Made by a program: the position numbers and the translations under genes. A DNA stretch of 12,637 bases from an uncultured bacterium (lineage in GTDB: Bacteria > Auribacterota > Tritonobacteria > UBA1439). The notes below the pieces were generated by a model that saw nothing but the letters and a program-made list of their open reading frames with translations, searched no databases and was not told the DNA's origin. The DNA lies in contig CAYWRA010000007.1 in the NCBI GenBank assembly GCA_964460305.1, positions 33,631-46,267 of the forward strand, written 5' to 3'. Of the stretch, positions 5,851-12,569 are shown piece after piece. Numbering within the stretch: the stretch's first letter is position 1; every line of letters starts with the position of its first letter.

Positions 5851-8361
5851 CTACTTCCCTGCCTTCTTCTCTTCGGGCGTGCGCTTCCTCAGCGATATGG
5901 CGTTCACAAAACACTGGAGCGCGCAGAGGCTGCAGCCGACACACTTTCCCGGGTCGGTGATCGGGTGCTTATCCTTATCAAGGGCGATCGCCATGTACGG
6001 ACAGCGGGTGCAGTTGCCGCAGCTCACGCAGAGATCGGGGTTCGCTTCGGAGATCTTTTTCTCAGCCGGCAATGCCATGAAATCCCTGATCGGCTTCGGC
6101 TGCGCTCTCCCGACAAGCTCCGAGACCGACCGTATCCCCCGGTCCTCCATGAGGTGGCTCAATCCGGAGCGGAGATCGTTAATGATTCCGTATCCGTATT
6201 TCTCCACGATGGTGCAGAACTGGACCGTGCCGGTGCCAAGCGCCAGGAAATCGGCCGCGGCCTTGTAATCCATGGGGCCGGCGTTCCCCGAGATGCAGAC
6301 GTCCATGCCGCCCGCGCTGGCAAGGCAGAGGTAGCTGATCGGCGTGACGCCATCGCCGCTCATGCCGACGACAATTCCTTCCTCCCACCCCTTCTTCTCT
6401 CCCTGCTTGAAGGCGAGTGTGGGGAACGTGTTCGCCAGCGTGACGCCCGCTTTCTTATCGGGATACTTTTCGAAGACCTTCTTCACGGCGCGCAGGATTA
6501 CCTTGATATCGGTAACGGCGCTGGTGAGCTTGAACAGCTTGGGGATCTCCGGTGAGCCGGCCTCCATCACCCAGTCGATGATCTTCGCCGTGAGGGCCGC
6601 GTTCTGCGATACGATGTCACCCTCCGCCCCCTCTCCCCCCTGCGGGCAGGAGAGGCTGTACTCGATGAAGAGCGCGCCGGCCTTTTCCAGCTTTCTCGTG
6701 TTGCTCTGCCAGGAGTTTCTATCGGCTGCGTCGTTCCCCGTCACCGTTCCACCCGTGGATGCGCCGGTGAGCCTGTCGGGGTATATCTTGATTAACTTCT
6801 TGATCTCCGCGCAGACCCGGTCGAGCGTGTGCTCGGAAACGTTATCGCAATTGCCCCAGGTCTTCTCGGTGAAGCAGTTCATGTACTCGGCGGGGATGTG
6901 GATCGGGAGGTTGTCGAACGCCGTCTTCAAAATCGCCCCCGGCCATCCCGCATCGTATCCGGCCTTCACCTGTTCGAATCCGTCCGTCGCGGGCGATGCC
7001 GACAGCAGGAATGGGCAGCTTATTTTCCTGCCGAAGAAATCCGTCTCAAGCGATACCGGCTCGAACTCGTAGCCTGGAACGGTGACGACGCTCTTGGTGG
7101 GTTTTTCGACCCTCGGTTTTTTACCGCCCATGAGGGCACAGTCGACCCCCAAAGCTGCGTTCTTGCCCGCCGCCGTCGCCTCGACGACCGTGGACGGGCC
7201 GTTGACCGCGTCGCCGGCATAGAATATCGCGCGATGCTTGACCAGTTTCATCCCCGGCTTTGCGCCGATGGCGACGATCACGCCCTCGATATCCTCACGC
7301 TCCTGTTCGCTCCCGTGCACCTCCTTGAGATCCTTGAGGCTGAATTTCTTCCCCGGCGGAAGCATAACCCTGACAGTAGAGAGACCGGCGATCTTTTTCC
7401 CCTTAGACTTTATCTCCTTCACGCGCGTGCGGCCGCTCACTTCGATGCCGTGGCCGAGCAGCTCCCGCCGCTCCCTCGCGGTAAGCGGCATCTCGCCGAT
7501 ACTCTCGAGAGCGAACATCTCAACCCTCCTCGCCCCCAGCCGCTTCGCCGTCACCGCACAGTCAAGCGCGCTCGCCCCTCCGCCGATCACCGCCACGTTG
7601 CCTTTCAACCGATATCTTTCAGGCTTCTTAAGATAATCGAGGCCGAAGATCGTTTTATCCTCGTTCGGTATTCCCATCCCGACGGGCGCCCAGAGTCCCG
7701 TCGCCACCACCACCGCATCGTATCCCTTGGAAAACAGTTTCTCCGGATCGTCGATCTTCTTACCGGCGCGCAGCTTTATATTCTCCATCGAGAATACGAA
7801 CTTGAGATCCCCTTCCAATACCGCCTTCGGCAGGCGGCACCCCGGTATGCACGAGCACATTCCCCCGGCCTGGCGTTCGCTCTCAAAGATATCCACCGCG
7901 TACCCCTTCTGGGCTAGTACGATAGCCGCGCCAAGCCCCGCAGGGCCGGCGCCGATGACCGCCACCCTCTTCCCGTTGAGGGGGGCGCGCTCGAACTTCG
8001 GCATCACCCCCATCGCCTTCGCCCTGGCGATGACGGTCGCCTGGACCGCCGGGATATTCACGGGGCTGTCGAACCTCTCATGCACGCATGCCTTCATACA
8101 ATGCCAGTCCGGGCAAACCATCCCGCAGATTCCGCCCAAGGGGTTCTGGCTCAGGATCAGCGCGGCTGCCCGCCTGATGTCGGACGGGTTCCCCACCCTG
8201 GCGGCCATGATGAAATCAAACGGTGAGCAATCGCAGGGGCATGCCTTTGTGCATGGCATCTCGGCGCAGTGCTCGCACTTCTCTATTTCACTTTCAAGCT
8301 GGGCCTCGGTGAGCAACACATTGTCCGGATCCGTCTTTAACGATAACTTCGACCTGGTCAT
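5851..8361 (-). CDS. ygfK: YgfK-like iron-sulfur flavoprotein. A single polypeptide fuses a GltD/PreT-like FAD/NAD(P) oxidoreductase (N-terminal Cys cluster region plus two Rossmann folds), a dihydropyrimidine/dihydroorotate-dehydrogenase-like FMN TIM barrel, and a C-terminal 2x[4Fe-4S] ferredoxin.
   Basis: N-terminus has CEHCAEMPCTKACPCDCSP and NPLGGICGMVCPDWHCMKAC, the GltD/DPD domain-II Fe-S motifs. Rossmann 1 is RVAVIGAGPAGLGAAIVLAQKGYAVDIFE and Rossmann 2 is VAVIGGGASALDCAVTAKRLG. Mid-region ISCPFLLSASPATDG...GWPGAILKT...EYSLSCPQ matches the DHOD/DPD (PreA) barrel with an active-site Cys. C-terminus CVSCGNCTRCP...CVGCSLCALQC is a 2x 4Fe-4S ferredoxin. AAGGAG SD 5 nt upstream. Confidence 0.9.
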   Translation of the reverse strand: MTRSKLSLKTDPDNVLLTEAQLESEIEKCEHCAEMPCTKACPCDCSPFDFIMAARVGNPSDIRRAAALILSQNPLGGICGMVCPDWHCMKACVHERFDSPVNIPAVQATVIARAKAMGVMPKFERAPLNGKRVAVIGAGPAGLGAAIVLAQKGYAVDIFESERQAGGMCSCIPGCRLPKAVLEGDLKFVFSMENIKLRAGKKIDDPEKLFSKGYDAVVVATGLWAPVGMGIPNEDKTIFGLDYLKKPERYRLKGNVAVIGGGASALDCAVTAKRLGARRVEMFALESIGEMPLTARERRELLGHGIEVSGRTRVKEIKSKGKKIAGLSTVRVMLPPGKKFSLKDLKEVHGSEQEREDIEGVIVAIGAKPGMKLVKHRAIFYAGDAVNGPSTVVEATAAGKNAALGVDCALMGGKKPRVEKPTKSVVTVPGYEFEPVSLETDFFGRKISCPFLLSASPATDGFEQVKAGYDAGWPGAILKTAFDNLPIHIPAEYMNCFTEKTWGNCDNVSEHTLDRVCAEIKKLIKIYPDRLTGASTGGTVTGNDAADRNSWQSNTRKLEKAGALFIEYSLSCPQGGEGAEGDIVSQNAALTAKIIDWVMEAGSPEIPKLFKLTSAVTDIKVILRAVKKVFEKYPDKKAGVTLANTFPTLAFKQGEKKGWEEGIVVGMSGDGVTPISYLCLASAGGMDVCISGNAGPMDYKAAADFLALGTGTVQFCTIVEKYGYGIINDLRSGLSHLMEDRGIRSVSELVGRAQPKPIRDFMALPAEKKISEANPDLCVSCGNCTRCPYMAIALDKDKHPITDPGKCVGCSLCALQCFVNAISLRKRTPEEKKAGK

Positions 8362-8408
8362 TCTTTCTCCTTTCTTAGTTGAGGTTTCTGAAAACTATAA
8401 ACGAGGAA

Positions 8409-9272
8409 CTAATCATTACGGCGAGCCATAACGCGGGCAAGTCCCCTCATCAGCAGCGCGCCGACCATCTTGTCGCGGTAATCCGCCGTGGACCGAATGT
8501 CCGTGATCGCCGTGGATTCTCCCTCAGCGATGCGCCCGGCCTCCTCGGCGACCTTTTCCGAATATGCCTTCCCCTCCAGATACGCGGCGGCGCGCTGCGC
8601 CATAATCACCTTGGGGGCGACCGCGCCAAGGGCTATCGCGACCTTCGACATGATCCCGCCGCGCACCCTGGCCTTGAACGCGACTCCCACCTTCGAAATG
8701 GAGAGCAGTCGCCTCTGGCCGAGCCTCTCGTAGAAGCTGATCTCATCCGCGCCGGGCTTCGCAAACGATATGACGGTGATGAGCTCGTCCGTCCGGAGAA
8801 CGGATTTCCCCGGCCCCACGGCGAAGTCTCTAATGGGCGCATGACGCTCCCCCGAGCGCGAGCTCAAGGTCAACACCGCGTCGAGGACCATCAGCGCCGG
8901 GACGGAATCGGCGACCGGTGAAGCATTCGCTACGTTGCCGCCGATCGTGCCGAGGTTCTTGATCTGCGGGGATCCGACGATGAACGCCGCCTCAGAGAGA
9001 GCGGCGGCGCATTCCCTTATGATCGGGGAGCGTTCGATCTCTCTGTGCGTGGCGAGGGGGCCTATCTTGATCAAACCGTTCTCTTCACGAATGTATCTCA
9101 GCCCGTTAAGGCGATTTAGATCGAGCAGGGCGCGGGGCTCCTTTTTTCCTTCGAGGACCTGGATAATGACATCCGTTCCCCCAGAGATCACCTTCACACC
9201 CTCCCCCTCGTGGGAGAGGATGTCGAGTGCCGCCGGCAAAGACTCCGGCGAATAAGTCCTAATGTCCCTCAT
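8409..9272 (-). CDS. FAD-binding subunit of a molybdopterin-dependent hydroxylase (CoxM/XdhB/YgfM family)
   Basis: 287 aa with VISGGTDVI and LGTIGGNVANASP motifs of the FAD_binding_5 domain. The start overlaps the upstream [2Fe-2S] gene stop by 4 nt (ATGA at 9269-9272). Confidence 0.9.
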   Translation of the reverse strand: MRDIRTYSPESLPAALDILSHEGEGVKVISGGTDVIIQVLEGKKEPRALLDLNRLNGLRYIREENGLIKIGPLATHREIERSPIIRECAAALSEAAFIVGSPQIKNLGTIGGNVANASPVADSVPALMVLDAVLTLSSRSGERHAPIRDFAVGPGKSVLRTDELITVISFAKPGADEISFYERLGQRRLLSISKVGVAFKARVRGGIMSKVAIALGAVAPKVIMAQRAAAYLEGKAYSEKVAEEAGRIAEGESTAITDIRSTADYRDKMVGALLMRGLARVMARRND

Positions 9273-9736
9273 GACGACAGCCTCTTGGCGGCAAGCTCTA
9301 CCGCCTCAAAAATCTTCACGTAGCCCGTGCAGCGGCATAAATTCCCGGAAAGCCCCTCTTTGATCTCCTCGATCGTGGGGCGAGCGTTATCTTCCAGGAG
9401 GGCCCTCGCCGAAATAAGGAAGCCGGGGATACAGTAGCCGCACTGGACGGCGCCTGTCTCCACAAACGCGTCCTGAAGCGCCTTGCCGATCCGGTCGGCG
9501 GCCAACCCCTCCACCGTGAGCACGTTCGCCCCATCTAGCCTGGCCGCAATCACCAGGCACGACGTGACCGCCTTGCCGTCCATAATAACGGTGCACGCCC
9601 CGCACTCCCCCTTACCGCACCCCTCCTTCGTACCAGTAAGTCCGAGGTCCTCACGGAGGACGTCGAGGAGCGTCCGGGTCGGAGAGGTCTCCAACTCGAC
9701 GCTTCTACCGTTGACGGCGAATCGCACTTTGATCAT
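9269..9736 (-). CDS. [2Fe-2S] iron-sulfur subunit of a molybdopterin-dependent hydroxylase (CoxS/XdhC-like)
   Basis: 155 aa. The N-terminus MIKVRFAVNGRSVELETSPTRTLLDVLRED is typical. Plant-type ferredoxin motif CGKGECGACTV; second cluster motif CGYCIPG...CRCTGY. Confidence 0.9.
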   Translation of the reverse strand: MIKVRFAVNGRSVELETSPTRTLLDVLREDLGLTGTKEGCGKGECGACTVIMDGKAVTSCLVIAARLDGANVLTVEGLAADRIGKALQDAFVETGAVQCGYCIPGFLISARALLEDNARPTIEEIKEGLSGNLCRCTGYVKIFEAVELAAKRLSS

Positions 9737-9760
9737 CTAACACTCTATCAATCCGGTTTT

Positions 9761-9902
9761 ACAAAGAGTAAAAGAGAGAAGAGAGGGATACGAAACAAAC
9801 GTCTCCCCCCTCCTTAACCCTCCCCCTCAGAGGGGGGGATGGGTGGGGGTGAGCACCATCCAATAACTCTTCTCTCGCTTCTTGTTCCCTTTTACTCTTT
9901 GT
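9761..9902. promoter_or_regulatory. Imperfect palindrome of about 140 bp in the 290-bp spacer between the Mo-subunit and Fe-S-subunit genes
   Basis: Outer arms ACAAAGAGTAAAAG (9761-9774) and CTTTTACTCTTTGT (9889-9902) are exact reverse complements. Inner GAGAGAAGAGAG (left) and CTCTTCTCTC (right) are partly matching. The centre is the perfect palindrome CCCCCTCaGAGGGGG (9822-9836), flanked by a C-rich left side (TCTCCCCCCTCC) and a G-rich right side (GGGGGGGATGGGTGGGGG). Confidence 0.5.
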
Positions 9903-9920
9903 GAGAACAAATTAACTACA

Positions 9921-9948
9921 ATCCGCGTTTGTCCGCGTGAATCCGCGG
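9921..9948. promoter_or_regulatory. Three direct TCCGCG repeats phased exactly 10 bp apart (ATCCGCG / GTCCGCG / ATCCGCGG)
   Basis: TCCGCG at 9922-9927, 9932-9937 and 9942-9947; read as aATCCGCGttt gTCCGCGtga aTCCGCGGca. Helical-face phasing is typical of arrayed transcription-factor sites. Confidence 0.45.
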
Positions 9949-9985
9949 CAAACAACTCTTTCTCTGTTAATTTCTCTGTGCTCTC

Positions 9986-10008
9986 TCCCGAAGGGACCCC
10001 CTCGGGGT
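9986..10008 (+). repeat. Twin-hairpin element copy C with no obvious closing stem
   Basis: TCCCGAAGGGA-CCCCCTCGGGG-T, 17 nt downstream of the Mo-subunit stop in the mRNA sense. In the mRNA it reads GGGGUCCCUUCGGGA, a C(UUCG)G tetraloop hairpin. Confidence 0.55.
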
Positions 10009-10026
10009 GTGTCTCCGTGGGGAAAA

Positions 10027-12303
10027 TCAATCTTGCTTCTTCTTCGCCAGTCCGGCGATGATCTTCTCCGGCGTCACGGGAAGCTCCAGGAACCTCACGC
10101 CTATCGCGTCATATATCGCATTGAGGATGGCAGGGGCTGTCGGCGTGGTCACGACCTCCGCTACACTTCGCGCCCCGAACGGCCCGGTCTCCTCCGGCAC
10201 CTCCACCGGGTGCGTCTCCATCTCCGGCGCCTCCCATGACGAAGGTATGATGTAGGTGGAGAAACCGGTATTTTTGAAATGCCCTTTCTCGATCACGTTC
10301 TCCTCATAGAGCGCATAACCGATTCCCATAACGATGCCGCCCTCACTCTGTCCCTCCACGTTGATGGGATTAATGACCGTGCCGCAGTCCGGGAACGCCG
10401 CCGCCTTCTTCACCTCCACCACGCCGGTGAGCGTATCCACGTCAACCACGACTATCTGCGTGTTGGAGCAGAAGACGAGGTGCGGCAACCCCATGGAGAA
10501 CTCCCTGTCGGCGACAGGAATGTTGAACACCCCCTCAGCCCTGAGCGGTTCCTTCAGCGCCGCCCCGATCTCCCGATAAGAAACCGAGGACTTCCCGTCC
10601 GCACTGACGACCGTCCCATCCCTGATCTCAAGCGAATCGGGAGAAAGGCCCATCATTCTCGCCCCTTCACGTTTCAGCATCCCGGCCATCTCACACGCCG
10701 CACGCAGCGTAGCCTCGCCGCTGGCATACATGACGCGGGAAGCTGTGGTCGTACCCGAATCGAGCGTCCTCCCGGTATCGCCACCGATAAAACTGATCTT
10801 CTCCATCGGAATGTCGAGAATCTCCGCCGCAATCTGCAAAATTCCCGTGTAGCTACCCTGCCCTATCTCGATCGTCCCCTGGAAAAGGTTGATAGATCCG
10901 TCCCTGTTAAGCTCCATGGTGGTCGCCGCGTAGTCCGGCAAACCCTTCCCAAGCCCGCTCCCCTGGAAACAACAGGCGACCCCGATCCCCCTCTTCTTCC
11001 ACCGGTCCCCCGCGCTCCCGTCCTCGATCTCCCTCTTGATGCGCGCTCTCTCTTTCCAGATCGGATGCCGCATGGCCTTCTCAATGGTCTCGTCCACGGC
11101 GAACGCCATGACCATCGGCTGGCCTATTCCGAACGTGTCGCCACGCCGGATGACGTTCTTCGCCCTGAATGCCAGGGGATCCATTCCAAGCCTCTCAGCA
11201 AGGACGTTCATCTGCGATTCCATGGCGACATGGGCCTGCGTAGCGCCGAATCCCCTGAACGCGCCGCTCATCCCATTGTTGGTATACACCGCCCAACCGT
11301 CCACCTTGAGGTTCGGGATCATGTATGGGCCGCAGGAGTGCTCGATCACGAGACAAAGGACCGGGCCGCTAAGCGACGCGTAGGCCCCGCCGTCTTGGAG
11401 CGCCCACATCTCATGTGCGATGAGCTTCCCTTCCGACGTCGCTCCCGTCTTCATGCGTATCTCGAGGGGGTGGCGATGCGTGCAGGAGATGAAATGTTCT
11501 TCACGGCTCAGCCAGATCTTGCACGGCCTCTTCGTCTTCAGCGCGAGGAGGGCGAGGAGTATCTGGACGGTCACCTCATCCTTGCCCCCGAACGCTCCGC
11601 CGGTGAACGGCTCGATCATCCGGATCTTCTCGGAGGGATAGTTAAGCGCCCTCGCTATTTGCGTAACGTCCCTGAATGCGTACTGGCCGCAGGATTGGAC
11701 GACTAGGGCGCCGTCTTTCTCGATCTGCGCGAACCCAGCTTCGCACTCGAGGAACGCATGATCCATCATCTGCGTTTTATAGGTGTTTTCGACGATGACG
11801 TCGGCGCCCGCGAATCCGGACGCAATATTGCCGCGGGTGAAGTGGAGCTCATGGACGACGTTACCGCCCTCGTGCAGTTTTATCGAATCCGCCTCAAGGG
11901 CTTGCCTCGGGTCGTCGAGCAGCGGCAGGATCTCGTAATCGACCTTGATGAGTTTAAGGGCCTCCTCGGCGACATCCTTCCTCTCCGCACCGACCAGCGC
12001 CACCGCGTCCCCCACATAGCGTACGCGATCGTCGCAGAGCACCGGCTGGTCCTGCCGTTCGATCCCGAAGCGGTTGGCGCCGTCCACGTCTTCGTGCGTC
12101 AAAACCGCCACCACACCGGGCAGTCTCTTTGCCGCGGATACATCGATGGATTTTATCTTCGCGTGCGGGTGCTTGGCCCTTAGCACCCTCCCCCAGATCA
12201 TGTCTTTCGCGTAAAAGTCGGATGGATACTTCAAGCTCCCATCCACCTTCGCCCTCGCGTCAATCCTGGGGACTCGTTTGCCAATGTATTTGTATTTACC
12301 CAT
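10027..12303 (-). CDS. Molybdopterin-binding large subunit of a xanthine dehydrogenase / aldehyde oxidoreductase family hydroxylase (XdhD/CoxL-like); the Fe-S and FAD domains are on separate polypeptides
   Basis: 758 aa. The N-terminus MGKYKYIGKRVPRIDARAKVDGSLKYPSD (a/b-hammerhead domain) is typical of the family. Length and general composition fit the Mo-MPT-binding subunit of this family. Stop TGA at 10027-10029. Confidence 0.9.
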   Translation of the reverse strand: MGKYKYIGKRVPRIDARAKVDGSLKYPSDFYAKDMIWGRVLRAKHPHAKIKSIDVSAAKRLPGVVAVLTHEDVDGANRFGIERQDQPVLCDDRVRYVGDAVALVGAERKDVAEEALKLIKVDYEILPLLDDPRQALEADSIKLHEGGNVVHELHFTRGNIASGFAGADVIVENTYKTQMMDHAFLECEAGFAQIEKDGALVVQSCGQYAFRDVTQIARALNYPSEKIRMIEPFTGGAFGGKDEVTVQILLALLALKTKRPCKIWLSREEHFISCTHRHPLEIRMKTGATSEGKLIAHEMWALQDGGAYASLSGPVLCLVIEHSCGPYMIPNLKVDGWAVYTNNGMSGAFRGFGATQAHVAMESQMNVLAERLGMDPLAFRAKNVIRRGDTFGIGQPMVMAFAVDETIEKAMRHPIWKERARIKREIEDGSAGDRWKKRGIGVACCFQGSGLGKGLPDYAATTMELNRDGSINLFQGTIEIGQGSYTGILQIAAEILDIPMEKISFIGGDTGRTLDSGTTTASRVMYASGEATLRAACEMAGMLKREGARMMGLSPDSLEIRDGTVVSADGKSSVSYREIGAALKEPLRAEGVFNIPVADREFSMGLPHLVFCSNTQIVVVDVDTLTGVVEVKKAAAFPDCGTVINPINVEGQSEGGIVMGIGYALYEENVIEKGHFKNTGFSTYIIPSSWEAPEMETHPVEVPEETGPFGARSVAEVVTTPTAPAILNAIYDAIGVRFLELPVTPEKIIAGLAKKKQD

Positions 12304-12368
12304 GATAAATCTTCTTGCGCACTATCCGTAGGGGCGCGATTCATCACGTCCATCCTTTACCACCGCAG

Positions 12369-12386
12369 GCCGGATAAATCCGGCCC
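12369..12386. promoter_or_regulatory. Perfect palindrome GGCCGGATAAATCCGGCC in the leader/promoter region of the hydroxylase operon
   Basis: 8-bp arms GGCCGGAT / ATCCGGCC separated by AA, located 66-83 bp upstream of the Mo-subunit ATG. Confidence 0.4.
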
Positions 12387-12416
12387 CTACAAAATATGTT
12401 ATCCCCCGCTTTCCCG

Positions 12417-12473
12417 AGTGATTCAGGGTCAAGTGATTCAGGGTCGATTCAGTCCCAAGTGATTCAGGGTCAG
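12417..12473. repeat. Tandem 15-bp direct repeats AGTGATTCAGGGTCA (three full copies plus one partial GATTCAGTCCCA) upstream of the hydroxylase operon
   Basis: Full copies at 12417-12431, 12432-12445 and 12458-12473, with a degenerate copy at 12446-12457. The GATTCAG core starts at 12420, 12435, 12446 and 12461. Confidence 0.6.
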
Positions 12474-12569
12474 ACCTCGACTATTGACTAAGAATATTTT
12501 TGTAAATCCGCCCCGCGAATTTCTTGTCATCCAACATCTATCTTCAGCCATCTTACACGGCTGAACCAT
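12438..12569 (-). CDS. Hypothetical 43-aa leader ORF (MVQPCKMAEDRCWMTRNSRGGFTKIFLVNSRGLTLNHLGLNRP) with a strong SD; very uncertain
   Basis: AAGGAGG (reverse complement of 12579-12585) lies 9 nt upstream of the ATG (complement of 12567-12569). The reading frame runs through the tandem repeats to a TGA at 12438-12440. Too short for the ORF track; no homology recognised. Confidence 0.15.
   Translation of the reverse strand: MVQPCKMAEDRCWMTRNSRGGFTKIFLVNSRGLTLNHLGLNRP

Noticed and set aside
6829-7917. Long plus-strand ORFs in the track (362 aa here; also 4540-5496 at 318 aa, 5534-6268, 5827-6555, 6344-7072, 7727-8431, 8379-8921 and 10279-11706 at 475 aa)
   Set aside because: All lie antisense to well-supported minus-strand genes with recognisable conserved domains. 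Their translations are low-complexity Arg/Pro/Ala/His-rich with no recognisable motifs, which is typical of shadow ORFs in GC-rich DNA.
9827-10030. Minus-strand 67-aa ORF in the Mo-subunit / Fe-S-subunit spacer
   Set aside because: It starts inside the G/C-rich palindrome, overlaps the Mo-subunit stop region, and has no SD and a low-complexity product; likely spurious.
10027-12303. In-frame TGA (selenocysteine) in the Mo-hydroxylase or neighbouring genes
   Set aside because: All five cluster ORFs are continuous from a plausible start to their stop, with no internal TGA splitting them. The predicted selenium dependence of SDMH systems involves a labile Se cofactor rather than Sec, so none is expected.
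12417-12473. Possibility that the tandem repeats are a CRISPR array
   Set aside because: Units are 15 bp and directly abutting with no spacers, there are only 3-4 copies, and no cas genes are present. Not CRISPR.
12480-12530. Sigma-70 (-35/-10) or sigma-54 promoter assignments for the hydroxylase operon and the internal spacers
   Set aside because: Candidate hexamers (TTTACA, TTGACC, TATTCT, GATAAC) are present but none has acceptable spacing or score, and no GG-N10-GC sigma-54 match was found. I decline to call a promoter here.
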